A DNA stretch of 64,000 nt, from NCBI GenBank assembly GCA_965218795.1, contig OZ244653.1:1728001-1792000 (forward strand), in the 5' to 3' direction. This DNA comes from a bacterium (GTDB lineage Bacteria > UBA8248 > JACPRG01 > G963555815). The first letter of the stretch is position 1. Every line of letters starts with the position of its first letter. A model generated the notes under the pieces. That model did not search any database. It was not told the origin of the DNA and saw nothing but the letters and a program-made list of their open reading frames with translations. The translations under genes were made by a program, and so were the position numbers. Shown here piece by piece: positions 29,635 to 39,346 of this stretch.

Positions 29635-30308
29635 GCCGGAGAGAGAATGGAGAACGACCCGTTCTGCTCCTCGCAACCAGCAATCGGCACAAGGTCGAAG
29701 ATATGACCTCGATCCTGGCCGAAATTCTCGAGGAGAAATTCCAGGGGGGATACGGGGGGCTGACATTGCATTCGCTCCACGATTTTCCTGACCTGGACCT
29801 TCCTCCGGAAACGGGCGGCACTTACCGGCAGAACGCGGAAATCAAGGCTTGCGCGGCTGCCCGCGCCACGGGCCACATCGCGCTGGCCGATGACTCGGGT
29901 TTGGAAATCGATGCGCTCTCCGGAGCCCCCGGCATTCAATCGGCCCGGTGGATGGGGGGTTATTCACAGAAAGAGAAAAACCAGCGAATTCTGGATCTCC
30001 TGAAAGACCGGCCGGTGAAGAATCAAACCGCTCGGTTCCGCTGCGCGGCGGCCGTCTGTCAACCCGGTATGGGGCGGAACCTGATCGTCCGGACCTTTGA
30101 GGGAATCCTGGAAGGCTTCATCGCGAAGAAAGCCTCCGGCGCCGGCGGCTTCGGCTACGACCCCATCTTCCTCCCGGCGGAGGTTCAGCGTCGGGGCGAG
30201 CATAGCCTTGCAGAACTCCAACCCGAGGAGAAAAACCGAATCAGCCACAGGGCCCTGGCCCTGAAGGAGGCCGCCGACCACCTCGGCGCCATCCTGAACG
30301 CTCCTTGA
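29631..30308 (+). CDS. rdgB: Non-canonical purine NTP pyrophosphatase
   Basis: [21 protein letters not shown] and KNRISHR. Confidence 0.95.
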   Translation: MSRRENGERPVLLLATSNRHKVEDMTSILAEILEEKFQGGYGGLTLHSLHDFPDLDLPPETGGTYRQNAEIKACAAARATGHIALADDSGLEIDALSGAPGIQSARWMGGYSQKEKNQRILDLLKDRPVKNQTARFRCAAAVCQPGMGRNLIVRTFEGILEGFIAKKASGAGGFGYDPIFLPAEVQRRGEHSLAELQPEEKNRISHRALALKEAADHLGAILNAP

Positions 30309-30549
30309 ATTCGTCAAGAAATTTCACGTCGATCACATCGTCCGGAAGACCTGCCGGATCTGACTAGAAACGAACTCGATACGGAGGCTACATTGGGGAG
30401 GGGGGATATCTGCCTGGGTGGGGACGAAGTTGTGGTGAAACCAAAAAAAGAGGTTCCGACTTCGTGAGTCAGAAGGTCGCGCCGGACAGGAGGTTGCCGC
30501 TTTCGGCCTTCCGGACTAGATTGAGAGACGGTGCTGGATGGTTCGTCAT

Positions 30550-30627
<78 letters not shown>

Positions 30628-30634
30628 TGTGATC

Positions 30635-30670
30635 AAGGGGTTGGGGAGTTCCGGCCCCTTTTGTTTTTTT
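30635..30670 (+). terminator. Rho-independent terminator after the tRNA
   Basis: AAGGGGTTGG/CCGGCCCCTT stem followed by a T tract. Confidence 0.75.
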
Positions 30671-30888
30671 GAACCTTGCCCAAATCCTACCCAGAATTCG
30701 AGAGGTTTTCTTTCAAAAAGAACTTCGCCACTCCGTAGAGCGGGATTTTCCCACGTCAAAGCCCCTTCCTGATTTGATTGACAGAAGACCAATTCGGAGA
30801 GGGGCAATATGCAAGAATCATCAATGCATGGCGCAGTTCACGGCTATCCTTAGGAAGATGTCTCACGACCCCCTGAGCGCGTATGTCT

Positions 30889-31003
30889 GTCATTCCCGCG
30901 CAAGCGGGAATCCAGTTCTTTGTCCTTGTCCGGTTGGACATCGCCGCCCCCGAATACTCCCGTCTCGGGCCTGCCGGCATGTATTGGGCAGGGGCGGGAA
31001 TGA
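30889..31003. repeat. REP-like palindromes
   Basis: GTCATTCCCGCGCAAGCGGGAATCCAG and GCGGGAATGAC. Confidence 0.7.
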
Positions 31004-31007
31004 CAGA

Positions 31008-31331
31008 ACAGAGCAGATCGAGTTCAAGGAGAATCTGTCAGCAAAAGGGCAATCCGTTGATCCATGGATAAGCGGCGGTGAAATAGGAAATCGGGCAAAA
31101 AACGAGATACTCCAGGAAGCCGCCGCCTTCGCGAATGCGCACGGCGGGGCTTTGTTGCTGGGGACCAAGCAGTCCAAGAGCCAACCACCGGTCGCCGCCG
31201 AAGCCGGTTTGGGCAGGGAGAGCCTCTACAAGGTGCTGTCACCCAACGGCAACCCGGCGTTCTCCACCGTGCTCAAGGTCATACGAGCCCGGGACCTTCG
31301 GCTTCACGAGTCCGCTTTGACTGCCCGGTAA
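31008..31331 (+). pseudogene. Chimeric remnant: Schlafen/AlbA_2 N-terminal fragment joined to the C-terminus of an addiction-module antidote HTH
   Basis: EQIEFKE...AAFANAHGGALLLG, then VAAEAGLGRESLYKVLSPNGNPAFSTVLKV. Confidence 0.7.
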
Positions 31332-31375
31332 CGGCTGGCTGGAGCGAAATCCGTTCGCTTCGAGTCGTGTTAAAA
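31326..31375 (+). other. Degenerate attC-like site
   Basis: TAAC overlapping the stop codon, GGAGCGAA/TTCGCTTC hairpin, and terminal GTTAAAA. Confidence 0.35.
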
Positions 31376-31502
31376 GCACACGATAGGGGCTGGACGGGGT
31401 TCGGCACTTTGCCGATGCCTCGGAGGCATGAAGGTCGTTATCAGCTTGAAAAATGGCGCAACCCTATCTATATAATCACAATTATATAGATAGGGGGATC
31501 GA

Positions 31503-31730
31503 ATGCTTTCCTTCAAGATCACGACAGTCGGTGCGTCTTCCGGCATCATCCTCACCAAAGAGGCAATGGCGCGGCTCAGGGTGAAGAAGGGCGATACACT
31601 CTATCTGACCGAGGCGGCGGACGGCAGCTATCGGCTTACCCCTTACGATCCCGAGTTCGCGCGCCAGATGACGCTTGCCGAAGAGCTCATGCATGACGAC
31701 CGCGAGGTGCTGCGGGCGCTGGCGAGGTGA
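31503..31730 (+). CDS. AbrB/MazE-family antitoxin
   Basis: KITTVGASSGIIL, LTPYDPEFARQM; GTGA overlap with the toxin gene. Confidence 0.9.
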   Translation: MLSFKITTVGASSGIILTKEAMARLRVKKGDTLYLTEAADGSYRLTPYDPEFARQMTLAEELMHDDREVLRALAR

Positions 31731-32125
31731 GTGCCGAGGATTCCGGCCCGTGGCGCTGGGTTGCGTCGAGCGTCGTCCTGGCCATCCATGACCGTCAGCT
31801 CGCCGAGCATGGCGGGGCGGACGGCATACGGGATCCGGGAGCGATTGACTCCGCCTTGGCCCGTCCGGTGAACCTCGCGGCACATGGCAATCCCGACGCG
31901 GCCGAGCTGGCGGCGGCCTACATCTACGGCTTGGCCATGAACCACGGCTTCATCGACGGCAACAAGCGTACGGCCTGGGTCACGGCACGCCTGTTCCTGG
32001 CCGATAACGGTCGCAGCCTCGACTTCGATCCTCTGGATGCGATCCGGGTCATGGAAGGTGTCTCGGCCGGCCGCATCGGCGAGCCCAAACTTGCCGACTG
32101 GCTTCGATCGCGCCTGCGAGACTGA
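31727..32125 (+). CDS. doc: Doc/Fic-family toxin
   Basis: HGFIDGNKRTA motif; GIRD...SALARP. Confidence 0.93.
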   Translation: MSAEDSGPWRWVASSVVLAIHDRQLAEHGGADGIRDPGAIDSALARPVNLAAHGNPDAAELAAAYIYGLAMNHGFIDGNKRTAWVTARLFLADNGRSLDFDPLDAIRVMEGVSAGRIGEPKLADWLRSRLRD

Positions 32126-32257
32126 TTGAAGACGCAGTGTTGTGAGAGTCGAAGAAGGGCATCGACCATGTGCCGGGATGTAACGTTCATTGCCGCCACC
32201 ATGCCGCTACTGGTTATCGGCGGCGTTAAGCGCCATAGCTAGAGGGAGAAAAATACA

Positions 32258-32518
32258 ATGAATGTAAGGGAACTTGAAGACGCCGTGTGGGCTACGGAAG
32301 AAATCCGCATTGTGATTCGTGCCAACGTAAACACTCAAGTCGGGGACTACAACTATAATAAAGCCGCGAAACAAGCTTGGCGCATCCGTCAGCTAATTGA
32401 GAATCGTATCCAGCCGCTTGTAGATGATGAAGAGGTCGTAGTTATCCAAGGTGACGGCGAGCTGCCTCATGGTGGTGTCATCCTTCGAACACTTCGAGCG
32501 TCATACCACAATCAGTAG
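32258..32518 (+). CDS. Hypothetical 86-aa protein, likely an integron cassette gene
   Basis: GAGGGAG RBS; lower GC; flanked by GTTAAGC (32225) and an attC-like site. Confidence 0.7.
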   Translation: MNVRELEDAVWATEEIRIVIRANVNTQVGDYNYNKAAKQAWRIRQLIENRIQPLVDDEEVVVIQGDGELPHGGVILRTLRASYHNQ

Positions 32519-32522
32519 CGCC

Positions 32523-32614
32523 GCTTAACAAACCCATAGGGCGGGCACGGCGGAATACAGGCAACGCTTCGCGGTTGGTCCCGGAGCACGCGCCGTTCAT
32601 GGACAACGCTAAGC
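32523..32614 (+). other. attC-like recombination site
   Basis: R'' GCTTAAC 4 nt after the stop, imperfect hairpin (CCATAGGGCGG/CCGTTCATGG, central CAAC..GTTG), and R' GCTAAGC, one mismatch from GTTRRRY. Confidence 0.6.
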
Positions 32615-32828
32615 GTCATCAATACCGTCCCGGTCAATCGTTCAGGTAGACTTAGGGGAGCGTCATTTTGTCAGATCAAGAATGGCTGCAAGAAACTGAA
32701 GACGTCATAGCGCTTTACGAGGACGCCATCGGAGCTGCGGCATCACGAACGCGGCAGATGATCGAGCGCGCTGGCCCGGCAACCATGCTATCGTTATCGC
32801 TGAAGTTGTTTACCCTGGAGGAACAGTA

Positions 32829-33053
32829 ATGGCAGAGCAAATAACCGTGTCTGTCGATGCCGATGTAGCCAATCTCTACCGTTTGGCTTCGGACAATGAG
32901 CGTCGCAAACTGGATTTGCTTGTCAACCTGCGTTTGCGTGATGCGACAGAGTCCGCGAAGTCTCTTCGGGACATCATGCTGGAAATCAGCCGCAACGCAC
33001 AACGGCGCGGTCTGACTCCGGAAATCTTGCAGTCCATCCTGGGCGAAGAATGA
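32829..33053 (+). CDS. Putative antitoxin of a PIN-family TA pair
   Basis: 74 aa ending RRGLTPEILQSIL; ATGA overlap with the PIN gene. Confidence 0.75.
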   Translation: MAEQITVSVDADVANLYRLASDNERRKLDLLVNLRLRDATESAKSLRDIMLEISRNAQRRGLTPEILQSILGEE

Positions 33054-33511
33054 CCCGCTTCGTCTTCGATACGAACGTCATTGTCAGCGCGTTACTTTTC
33101 AACGATTCCGTGCCAGGGCGGGCGTTTATCCGGGCTTTGAATCGTGGGACGACTCTGGTTTCCGGGTCATTGGTGAGAGAGTTGCGCCGTGTGCTCGGCC
33201 GGGACAGGTTCGACCGGTATGTCTCCCGCGAAGAGCGCGACGAGTTTCTTGAATCCCTGATACGGGAATCGGACCTGATCGAGATCACCGAGTCCGTCCA
33301 AGCATGCCTCGACCCGGAAGACGACCGGGTCTTGGAATTGGCCGTCAACGGAAATGCGACATACATCGTCACAGGCGATGGAGGAGACGAAACGGAAGAG
33401 CCAAAGAAAGCTCCGCACGAGAACCCCGGACGACGAGGAAAGTCGCGCACCAGCAATCCACCGAACCCCGCGACAACAATGTCAGTACATTCACCCCCAA
33501 GCCTGAATTGA
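33050..33511 (+). pseudogene. PIN-domain toxin, C-terminally truncated
   Basis: VFDTNVIVSA, CLDPEDDRVLELA and IVTGD, followed by unrelated sequence instead of the usual DLL tail. Confidence 0.8.
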
Positions 33512-34021
33512 TTTGCCGGAAAGCCGGCTGGCGGTGGACGATTTCATTGTCCGCACCGGCGAAATGCGATATTGCCAAAGTGCGGCAGAATGAGTCGTCA
33601 TTGTTTGCCGGGAACGCGTAAAGGGCAATTGCGGATGCGATATGAGTTGTTACGGCTGCCTGCGCAGCTACCGTAATCAGTTTGCTCACCCCCACTTGAA
33701 TCGCGATCGATCGTGGGAATTCCTGAACGCCGCCTTGGGTAGACGGCAGGGCCAACAGCTAAGTTTGGTATCATGACCGGTCACGGGCCATCGTCCGTGG
33801 GTGCCCACGATCCGGCAAATGCTATTTTCGTAGTAGTTCGCCCGTTTCTAAGTCGATATCCTCTCAGCGTGGCGTCGATATTCGATCAGTGTTAGGGTAG
33901 TCGGCTCCTCCCAAAAAACGGATGCCGCAACGGTCGCCATTCGGACGCAAGCGGCTTGAGAGAAACCGGATCCAGAAGGATCCTCGCAAACCGGGTCTGA
34001 CAACGATGAAGGAGGGATTGG

Positions 34022-35470
34022 ATGCCTTTTGAGGGATTGCGCGGCTACCTGGAAGCGCTCGAGAAGGAAGGACTCTTTCATTGGGTCGATAAAGAAGTGG
34101 ACAAGGACTGGGAAATCGCCTCCATGGCCCGGATGATTTTCCGGGGATATACGGAGGATGAGCGGTTCGGGATGGGGTTTCGCAACATCAGCGGTTTCCC
34201 GGGAGGTCGGGTGGTTGCCGGCGTCATCGCCGCCTCCACCCGGCAGATCGCCACCGCCCTGGAGACCGAACCGGCCCCTCTTCCTATCTTCGAGCGCATC
34301 ACCCAGGGGATCAACCATCCCATCGAACCGGTCCTCGTTGACTCGGGCCCCTGCAAAGACGTCGTCATCGGCGGTGAAGACCTGGACCTCCTCTCCTTCC
34401 CGGTCCCCGTGTGGACCCCCACGAAGGACGCCGGCCCCTATCTCACGCCCCTGTGGGTGACCAAAGACCCCGAGACCGGCGACCGGGATATCGGAATACG
34501 AAGATGCCAGGTCAAGAGCCGAAACAAAACCGGAATCCTTTTCGGCGCACCGGACCGGTATGGCGCCATCCACCACGTCAAGTGGAGAAATCAGGGCGAG
34601 CCGATGCCCGCCGCTTTGTTCATCGGCACCGAGCCCGTGACTTATCTGGTGGGGCCTTCACGCTTCGGGATCGATGAGCTGGCGGTTGCCGGGGGCGTCC
34701 GGGGAGAACCGCTGGAACTCATCCGCTGTGAAACCGTGGACCTCGAGGTCCCGGCGGACGCGGAGATGGTGATCGAAGGTGAAATCTCCACGGAATATTT
34801 GGAGGCCGAAGGCCCTTTCGGAGAATTCACCGGTTACATGGCCGGGGGCCGGGAATGCCCGGTCTTCACGGCCAAGTGCATCACGCATCGGCGGGACCCC
34901 ATCCTGCTGGGACTGATCAGCCAGTTCCCCCCGAGCGAAAGCACGATGATCAAGCGGAACCTCCTCGAAGCGTCCCTCTACAAGCACCTTTCGGTGGATC
35001 TGAATCTGCCCGGGATCGCGGACGTTCACGCCATCGAGGCGGGGGGCTGTACAGCCATTCTCTGGGTCAGCGTGAAAAAGATGTACGCGGGACACGTCGA
35101 TCAACTCGTGTGCGGCGTCATGGGCTACTTTGGGATGAGCTACTACAAATGGATTGTCGTGACGGACGACGACGTCGACATCCGGGATCCGTTCATACGG
35201 GACTGGGTCCTCTCCTGGCGCGTCAGGCCGGAAGAGGACATGCGGGTCATTCCGACGGAAGGCGCCGTCGAGCTCGATCCCTCCTCCATGCCTCCCGAAT
35301 CGGGCATGGAAGGGGCGACCGGAGCCAAAATCATCATCGACGCAACGAAGAAGTGGGAGTATCCAGCCGTTTCGCTGCCGCCCCGGGAATATCTGGAGCG
35401 TGTGATTCAGGACTGGAACCGGTACGAGCTTCCGGCTCTCGGGAGCGTGCAGCTCCCGCGCGGCCTGTAA
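34022..35470 (+). CDS. UbiD-family (prFMN-dependent) decarboxylase
   Basis: TKDPETG, CETVDLEVPADAEMVIEG, EGPFGEFTGY, DDDVD and IIDATK. Confidence 0.93.
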   Translation: MPFEGLRGYLEALEKEGLFHWVDKEVDKDWEIASMARMIFRGYTEDERFGMGFRNISGFPGGRVVAGVIAASTRQIATALETEPAPLPIFERITQGINHPIEPVLVDSGPCKDVVIGGEDLDLLSFPVPVWTPTKDAGPYLTPLWVTKDPETGDRDIGIRRCQVKSRNKTGILFGAPDRYGAIHHVKWRNQGEPMPAALFIGTEPVTYLVGPSRFGIDELAVAGGVRGEPLELIRCETVDLEVPADAEMVIEGEISTEYLEAEGPFGEFTGYMAGGRECPVFTAKCITHRRDPILLGLISQFPPSESTMIKRNLLEASLYKHLSVDLNLPGIADVHAIEAGGCTAILWVSVKKMYAGHVDQLVCGVMGYFGMSYYKWIVVTDDDVDIRDPFIRDWVLSWRVRPEEDMRVIPTEGAVELDPSSMPPESGMEGATGAKIIIDATKKWEYPAVSLPPREYLERVIQDWNRYELPALGSVQLPRGL

Positions 35471-35557
35471 GGGCAGACGAGAGGCGCGTTCCTTCGCAGG
35501 CTTCGAATGCCCGTCCCGATCTTCTCGTTTCGGGCGACCCAGACGTTCCTTTGACAC

Positions 35558-35761
35558 TCACTTGAAGTACAGGGTGTAGGCGAACTCGTTCCCGCACTTG
35601 GGGCAGGTCAGGTTGTAGCCCACGAAAAAACTGTCCTCTCGGTTGTAGATGATCTCGCTGTCCTGGCTGATGGCGTGGTTGCACCGGGGACACTTGACGC
35701 CCACCAGTTCTTTCGGGAGGCTCGCCGCCCGGGTTTCCTTTTCGTTTTCCCGCTCGGGCAT
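35558..35761 (-). CDS. Small Zn-ribbon protein downstream of UbiD
   Basis: CPRC...CPKC; 11 bp after the UbiD stop, with a purine-rich RBS. Confidence 0.7.
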   Translation of the reverse strand: MPERENEKETRAASLPKELVGVKCPRCNHAISQDSEIIYNREDSFFVGYNLTCPKCGNEFAYTLYFK

Positions 35762-35772
35762 TTCTCTCCCTC

Positions 35773-37404
35773 TCAGGGCATGACCTCAAGGGACATCACC
35801 TTTTGGATCTCCTCGTCACTCCACCAGTGGCGCATCATCCCCTCGGGCGATCCGATGTAGTCCTGGGTCCGCTCGATCCCGTATTTTTCCCATCTTTGGT
35901 TCACCATCAGAGAGGTGTTGTAGGCGGGCCGGGTCGTTGGGGGGAACTTGAGTGGAATGCCCTTGCCGACTCCCTCGCTTCCCCAGATCTCCCGCGGGGG
36001 CCAATGGTAAGGACGTGTTGCGTCGATGAGGACCCGATCCTGAAATCCCTTTTCTTCAGGTGGAATCCGGGGGTCGAGCCGGGAGCCTCGGTGGTTCTTC
36101 CAGATCTTGATGTCTTCGCTCGCTCTCGTCCGCCATGCAATCGACCAGTTCACCATCTCCCGATTCCATGGGTCGATATCCTCATCCACCACGACGACAT
36201 GTTTGTAAGCCCAAAGCGTCGCCTTGGAACCCCATAGGGCGCTTGCGATGAGGTCGGCGTGAGCCTCCATGAGAGGCTTGATGGAAACCACGCAGTCGGC
36301 ATAACCGCAGGCGTCGAGCGGCATGGCAACGTCCTGGATTCCCTTGATCGAGTTGCGCTCCAGGACATCCCAGGCGTACACGGCGTGCCCAAGGGCGAGC
36401 GTCATGTGGTCCTCGTTGACCGGGTGGCCCTCAAGCGTGCCGCGGAAGATTGGGTCATTCCGGTAGGTGATGCACCTGCAACGGAAGACAGGCTTGGGAC
36501 CGGGGACATTTCCGTAATACCCGGGATATTCGCCCAACGGACCTTCCATTTTGCGTTCTTTCGGGTGGATGGTTCCTTCCAGAACGATCTCGGCGTTGGC
36601 CGGCACGTGCAGGTCCACGGTCTCGCACTTCACCACGTCGATGGCCTCTCCCCGGATGGCGCCCGCCACCTCCATTTCATTCAAAGGGTCCACCGTGGGG
36701 CAACAGGCCATGTACGTGAGGGCCGGTTCCTGCCCGATGACGACGGCGACCTCCATCGGCTCGTTCTCGACGATCTTTTTATAATAATGCTCTCCGATAT
36801 GCTGATTGGCCGGGTCGAGCTGGATGCCGGTTTCCGTCTTGGAGTGCATCATCATCCGGTAGACGCCCACGTTGACCCAGCCGGAAAGAGGGTCTTTGGT
36901 GATGACGGAGCCCATGGACCCGATGAGACGCGCGCCGTCCCGCTCGTTCCAGTGAGGCGTGGGGAATATCTCCAGATCCACCTCGTCGCCTTTGAGGATG
37001 TTTTCCTTGACCGGGCCTGTCTGGACGACTCTGGGCGGGATATGCTCCGCCTTGTCATTGATTCGGTGTTTCAGCGTGCGGATGATTTCGTTCCGAGATG
37101 TATTCCGCGGGTCCAGCCCAAGCATCATCGCCGCTCGGAACCAGGACCGGAAGGCGCCGGTGAACAGCTTGTTGGGGCCGGGGGCCTGATAACCTTTGAT
37201 GTTCTCGAAAAGCAAGGCCGGTGAAGCGTCACCGTACATGTCCCAGGTTCGCCGCAAGATAGCCCCCAGTTCGAACTTCCAGTCCACTCTCTCCTTGATT
37301 CGAGCCAGCTGGCCGTCAGCCTCTATTGCCGCGATCCACTCCCGCAGGTCTTTGTAGGCAACCCGGTTGTCTTTTTGAACCAGCTTCGCCGCTGCTCTCG
37401 CCAT
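35773..37404 (-). CDS. UbiD-family decarboxylase (second, long C-terminus)
   Basis: LLFENIKGY, NVGVYR, EGPLGEYPGYY, VVDEDID and LIDAT. Confidence 0.93.
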   Translation of the reverse strand: MARAAAKLVQKDNRVAYKDLREWIAAIEADGQLARIKERVDWKFELGAILRRTWDMYGDASPALLFENIKGYQAPGPNKLFTGAFRSWFRAAMMLGLDPRNTSRNEIIRTLKHRINDKAEHIPPRVVQTGPVKENILKGDEVDLEIFPTPHWNERDGARLIGSMGSVITKDPLSGWVNVGVYRMMMHSKTETGIQLDPANQHIGEHYYKKIVENEPMEVAVVIGQEPALTYMACCPTVDPLNEMEVAGAIRGEAIDVVKCETVDLHVPANAEIVLEGTIHPKERKMEGPLGEYPGYYGNVPGPKPVFRCRCITYRNDPIFRGTLEGHPVNEDHMTLALGHAVYAWDVLERNSIKGIQDVAMPLDACGYADCVVSIKPLMEAHADLIASALWGSKATLWAYKHVVVVDEDIDPWNREMVNWSIAWRTRASEDIKIWKNHRGSRLDPRIPPEEKGFQDRVLIDATRPYHWPPREIWGSEGVGKGIPLKFPPTTRPAYNTSLMVNQRWEKYGIERTQDYIGSPEGMMRHWWSDEEIQKVMSLEVMP

Positions 37405-38064
37405 TCTTGTCTCCTTTCAGAATCTGCGATTACCGGCCCGCTCACCCACGCTCCGAATCATTCCGGCTCTCACCATCATGAAGCCGACCGTGAGACTTCT
37501 CACCGGGCCGGTTTCGCGCATGGATTTTTCCGCCGCGCACTTCCTCGACAGCACAATCCACACGAAGCCGGCGCTCAAGGACCGATTCCGCCTGCATACT
37601 CAAAGGGCCGCTCATTCTCCGATTAAAATTCCGCTCAATGCCTTATCCTATCAAATTGACCGACCACATGGAATCATCGCCCGCATCCATGCCCGGTGAC
37701 CCGACCGTGCCGGGCCAGGAAAGACTCGAGGGTGTTTTCACCTGGAAAGGGGACGAGAAAGACATGGAGGCTGCTGTAGACTCCCGCGCGGGAATGAAGA
37801 AACGGGGACAGGCCGGCAGGAATCCACGCGGCGAAACAGAGCAACCCAATCTCCTGAACGCATATGGTCTGTCACTCCTGCGCAAGCAGGAATCAATAAT
37901 CGGGGCTGAAATAGGGGTGAAACGGGTCTGCAAGAGCGGTGCAAATGACTTTCGGATTGCGATGCCGCCGCGTCCGTGCATGGCTAAGGATCCCACGGGT
38001 CGTGGCCCGAGGGTTCCCCCATCACGTGACGCAGCGAGACATATATTAAGTATAGTATCTCCTA

Positions 38065-39231
38065 GTGTTTCGTCTCAAGAATAAGTAGGCAAAAGTCATG
38101 TTTGTGCATAGGTTTCCTGATCACCCCTTTTTCAAGGAGGAACCTATGCCACGGGGACGCCCGCTGAAAGCTTTGGAGTTGAGCGATGATGCTCGACAGC
38201 AATTGGAGTCTATGGCCCATTCCCGCAGCCTACCCCATGGGCTGGTGCGCCGTGCCCAGATTGTCTTGTTGGCCGCCGATGGCAAGCCCAATCGTGCGGT
38301 TGGCGAGGCGCTTGGCGTGAATCGTGCCACCGTGGGAAAATGGCGCCAGCGGTATCTCGACCGCGGCCTGATCGGCCTGTATGACGAATTGCGGCCTGGA
38401 GCGCCGCGATCGATTGAGGATGAGCAAGTGGCCGAGGTCGTATACAAGACACTCAAAGAGCGTCCCAACGAGGCGACCCAGTGGACGGTGCGTTCCATGG
38501 CGCAGGCGACGGGTGTATCCAAAGATACGGTGCATCGCATCTGGCGTGCCTTCGGGTTGCAGCCCCATCGACAAGCGCACTTCAAACTCTCCACGGATCC
38601 CTTCTTCGTGGAGAAAGTACGCGACATCGTGGGGTTATACCTGAATCCGCCCGAGCATGCCATGGTGCTGTGCGTGGACGAGAAGAGCCAGGTCCAGGCT
38701 CTGGAACGCACGCAGCCGTTGCTGCCCTTGGGCTTGGGCTATGTGGAAGGGGTCACCCACGACTACAGGCGCCATGGCACAACGACTCTGTTTGCCGCGC
38801 TGGACATCCAGACCGGAGAAGTCATGGCGCAGTGTAAGCCCCGCCATCGTCATCAGGAATTTCTTCAGTTTCTACGCCACATCGAGGAGCAGGTGCCGCC
38901 GGATTTGGACATTCATTTGGTGATCGACAACTACGCCACCCACAAGCACGCCAAAATCAAGCAATGGTTGGCAAGACACCCACGGTTTCAACTCCACTTC
39001 ACGCCGACGTATGCTTCCTGGCTCAACCAAGTGGAAATCTGGTTTCACATCATCACGCAACGTGCGATTCGACGGGGCTCCTTCAACAAAGTGAAAGAAC
39101 TGATCCGCCGGATTGACCGATTCACCGACCACTGGAACGAAAACGCCCAGCCGTTTGTGTGGACGGCCACGGCCGATTCCATCCTTGCAAAGATCAAACG
39201 CCTTTGTGAAAAAATTTCTGCGACAGTACAC
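38065..39231 (+). mobile_element. IS630-family element (distinct from the first)
   Basis: TA duplication at 38063-38064 and 39232-39233 in CTAG; imperfect IRs GTGTTTCGTCTCAAGAAT / GTGTACTGTCGCAGAAAT. Confidence 0.88.
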
Positions 39232-39234
39232 TAG
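38146..39234 (+). CDS. IS630 transposase
   Basis: FKLSTDP, CVDEKSQ, DNYATHK and [11 protein letters not shown]; AAGGAGG RBS. Confidence 0.95.
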   Translation: MPRGRPLKALELSDDARQQLESMAHSRSLPHGLVRRAQIVLLAADGKPNRAVGEALGVNRATVGKWRQRYLDRGLIGLYDELRPGAPRSIEDEQVAEVVYKTLKERPNEATQWTVRSMAQATGVSKDTVHRIWRAFGLQPHRQAHFKLSTDPFFVEKVRDIVGLYLNPPEHAMVLCVDEKSQVQALERTQPLLPLGLGYVEGVTHDYRRHGTTTLFAALDIQTGEVMAQCKPRHRHQEFLQFLRHIEEQVPPDLDIHLVIDNYATHKHAKIKQWLARHPRFQLHFTPTYASWLNQVEIWFHIITQRAIRRGSFNKVKELIRRIDRFTDHWNENAQPFVWTATADSILAKIKRLCEKISATVH

Positions 39235-39346
39235 ATACAGACTGTTGCGGATTTCCTCGAACGCTACCGCAACGAGGAAACGCAGCTCCCACTGCGTTTG
39301 ACCGCGCCACGCTCGAACGCCGAAGCGCGTGAACCAGGAACCTCCG

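Noticed and set aside
33369-33755. 128-aa minus-strand ORF overlapping the PIN gene tail
   Set aside because: Possibly a gene fragment, but no start context or family could be supported.
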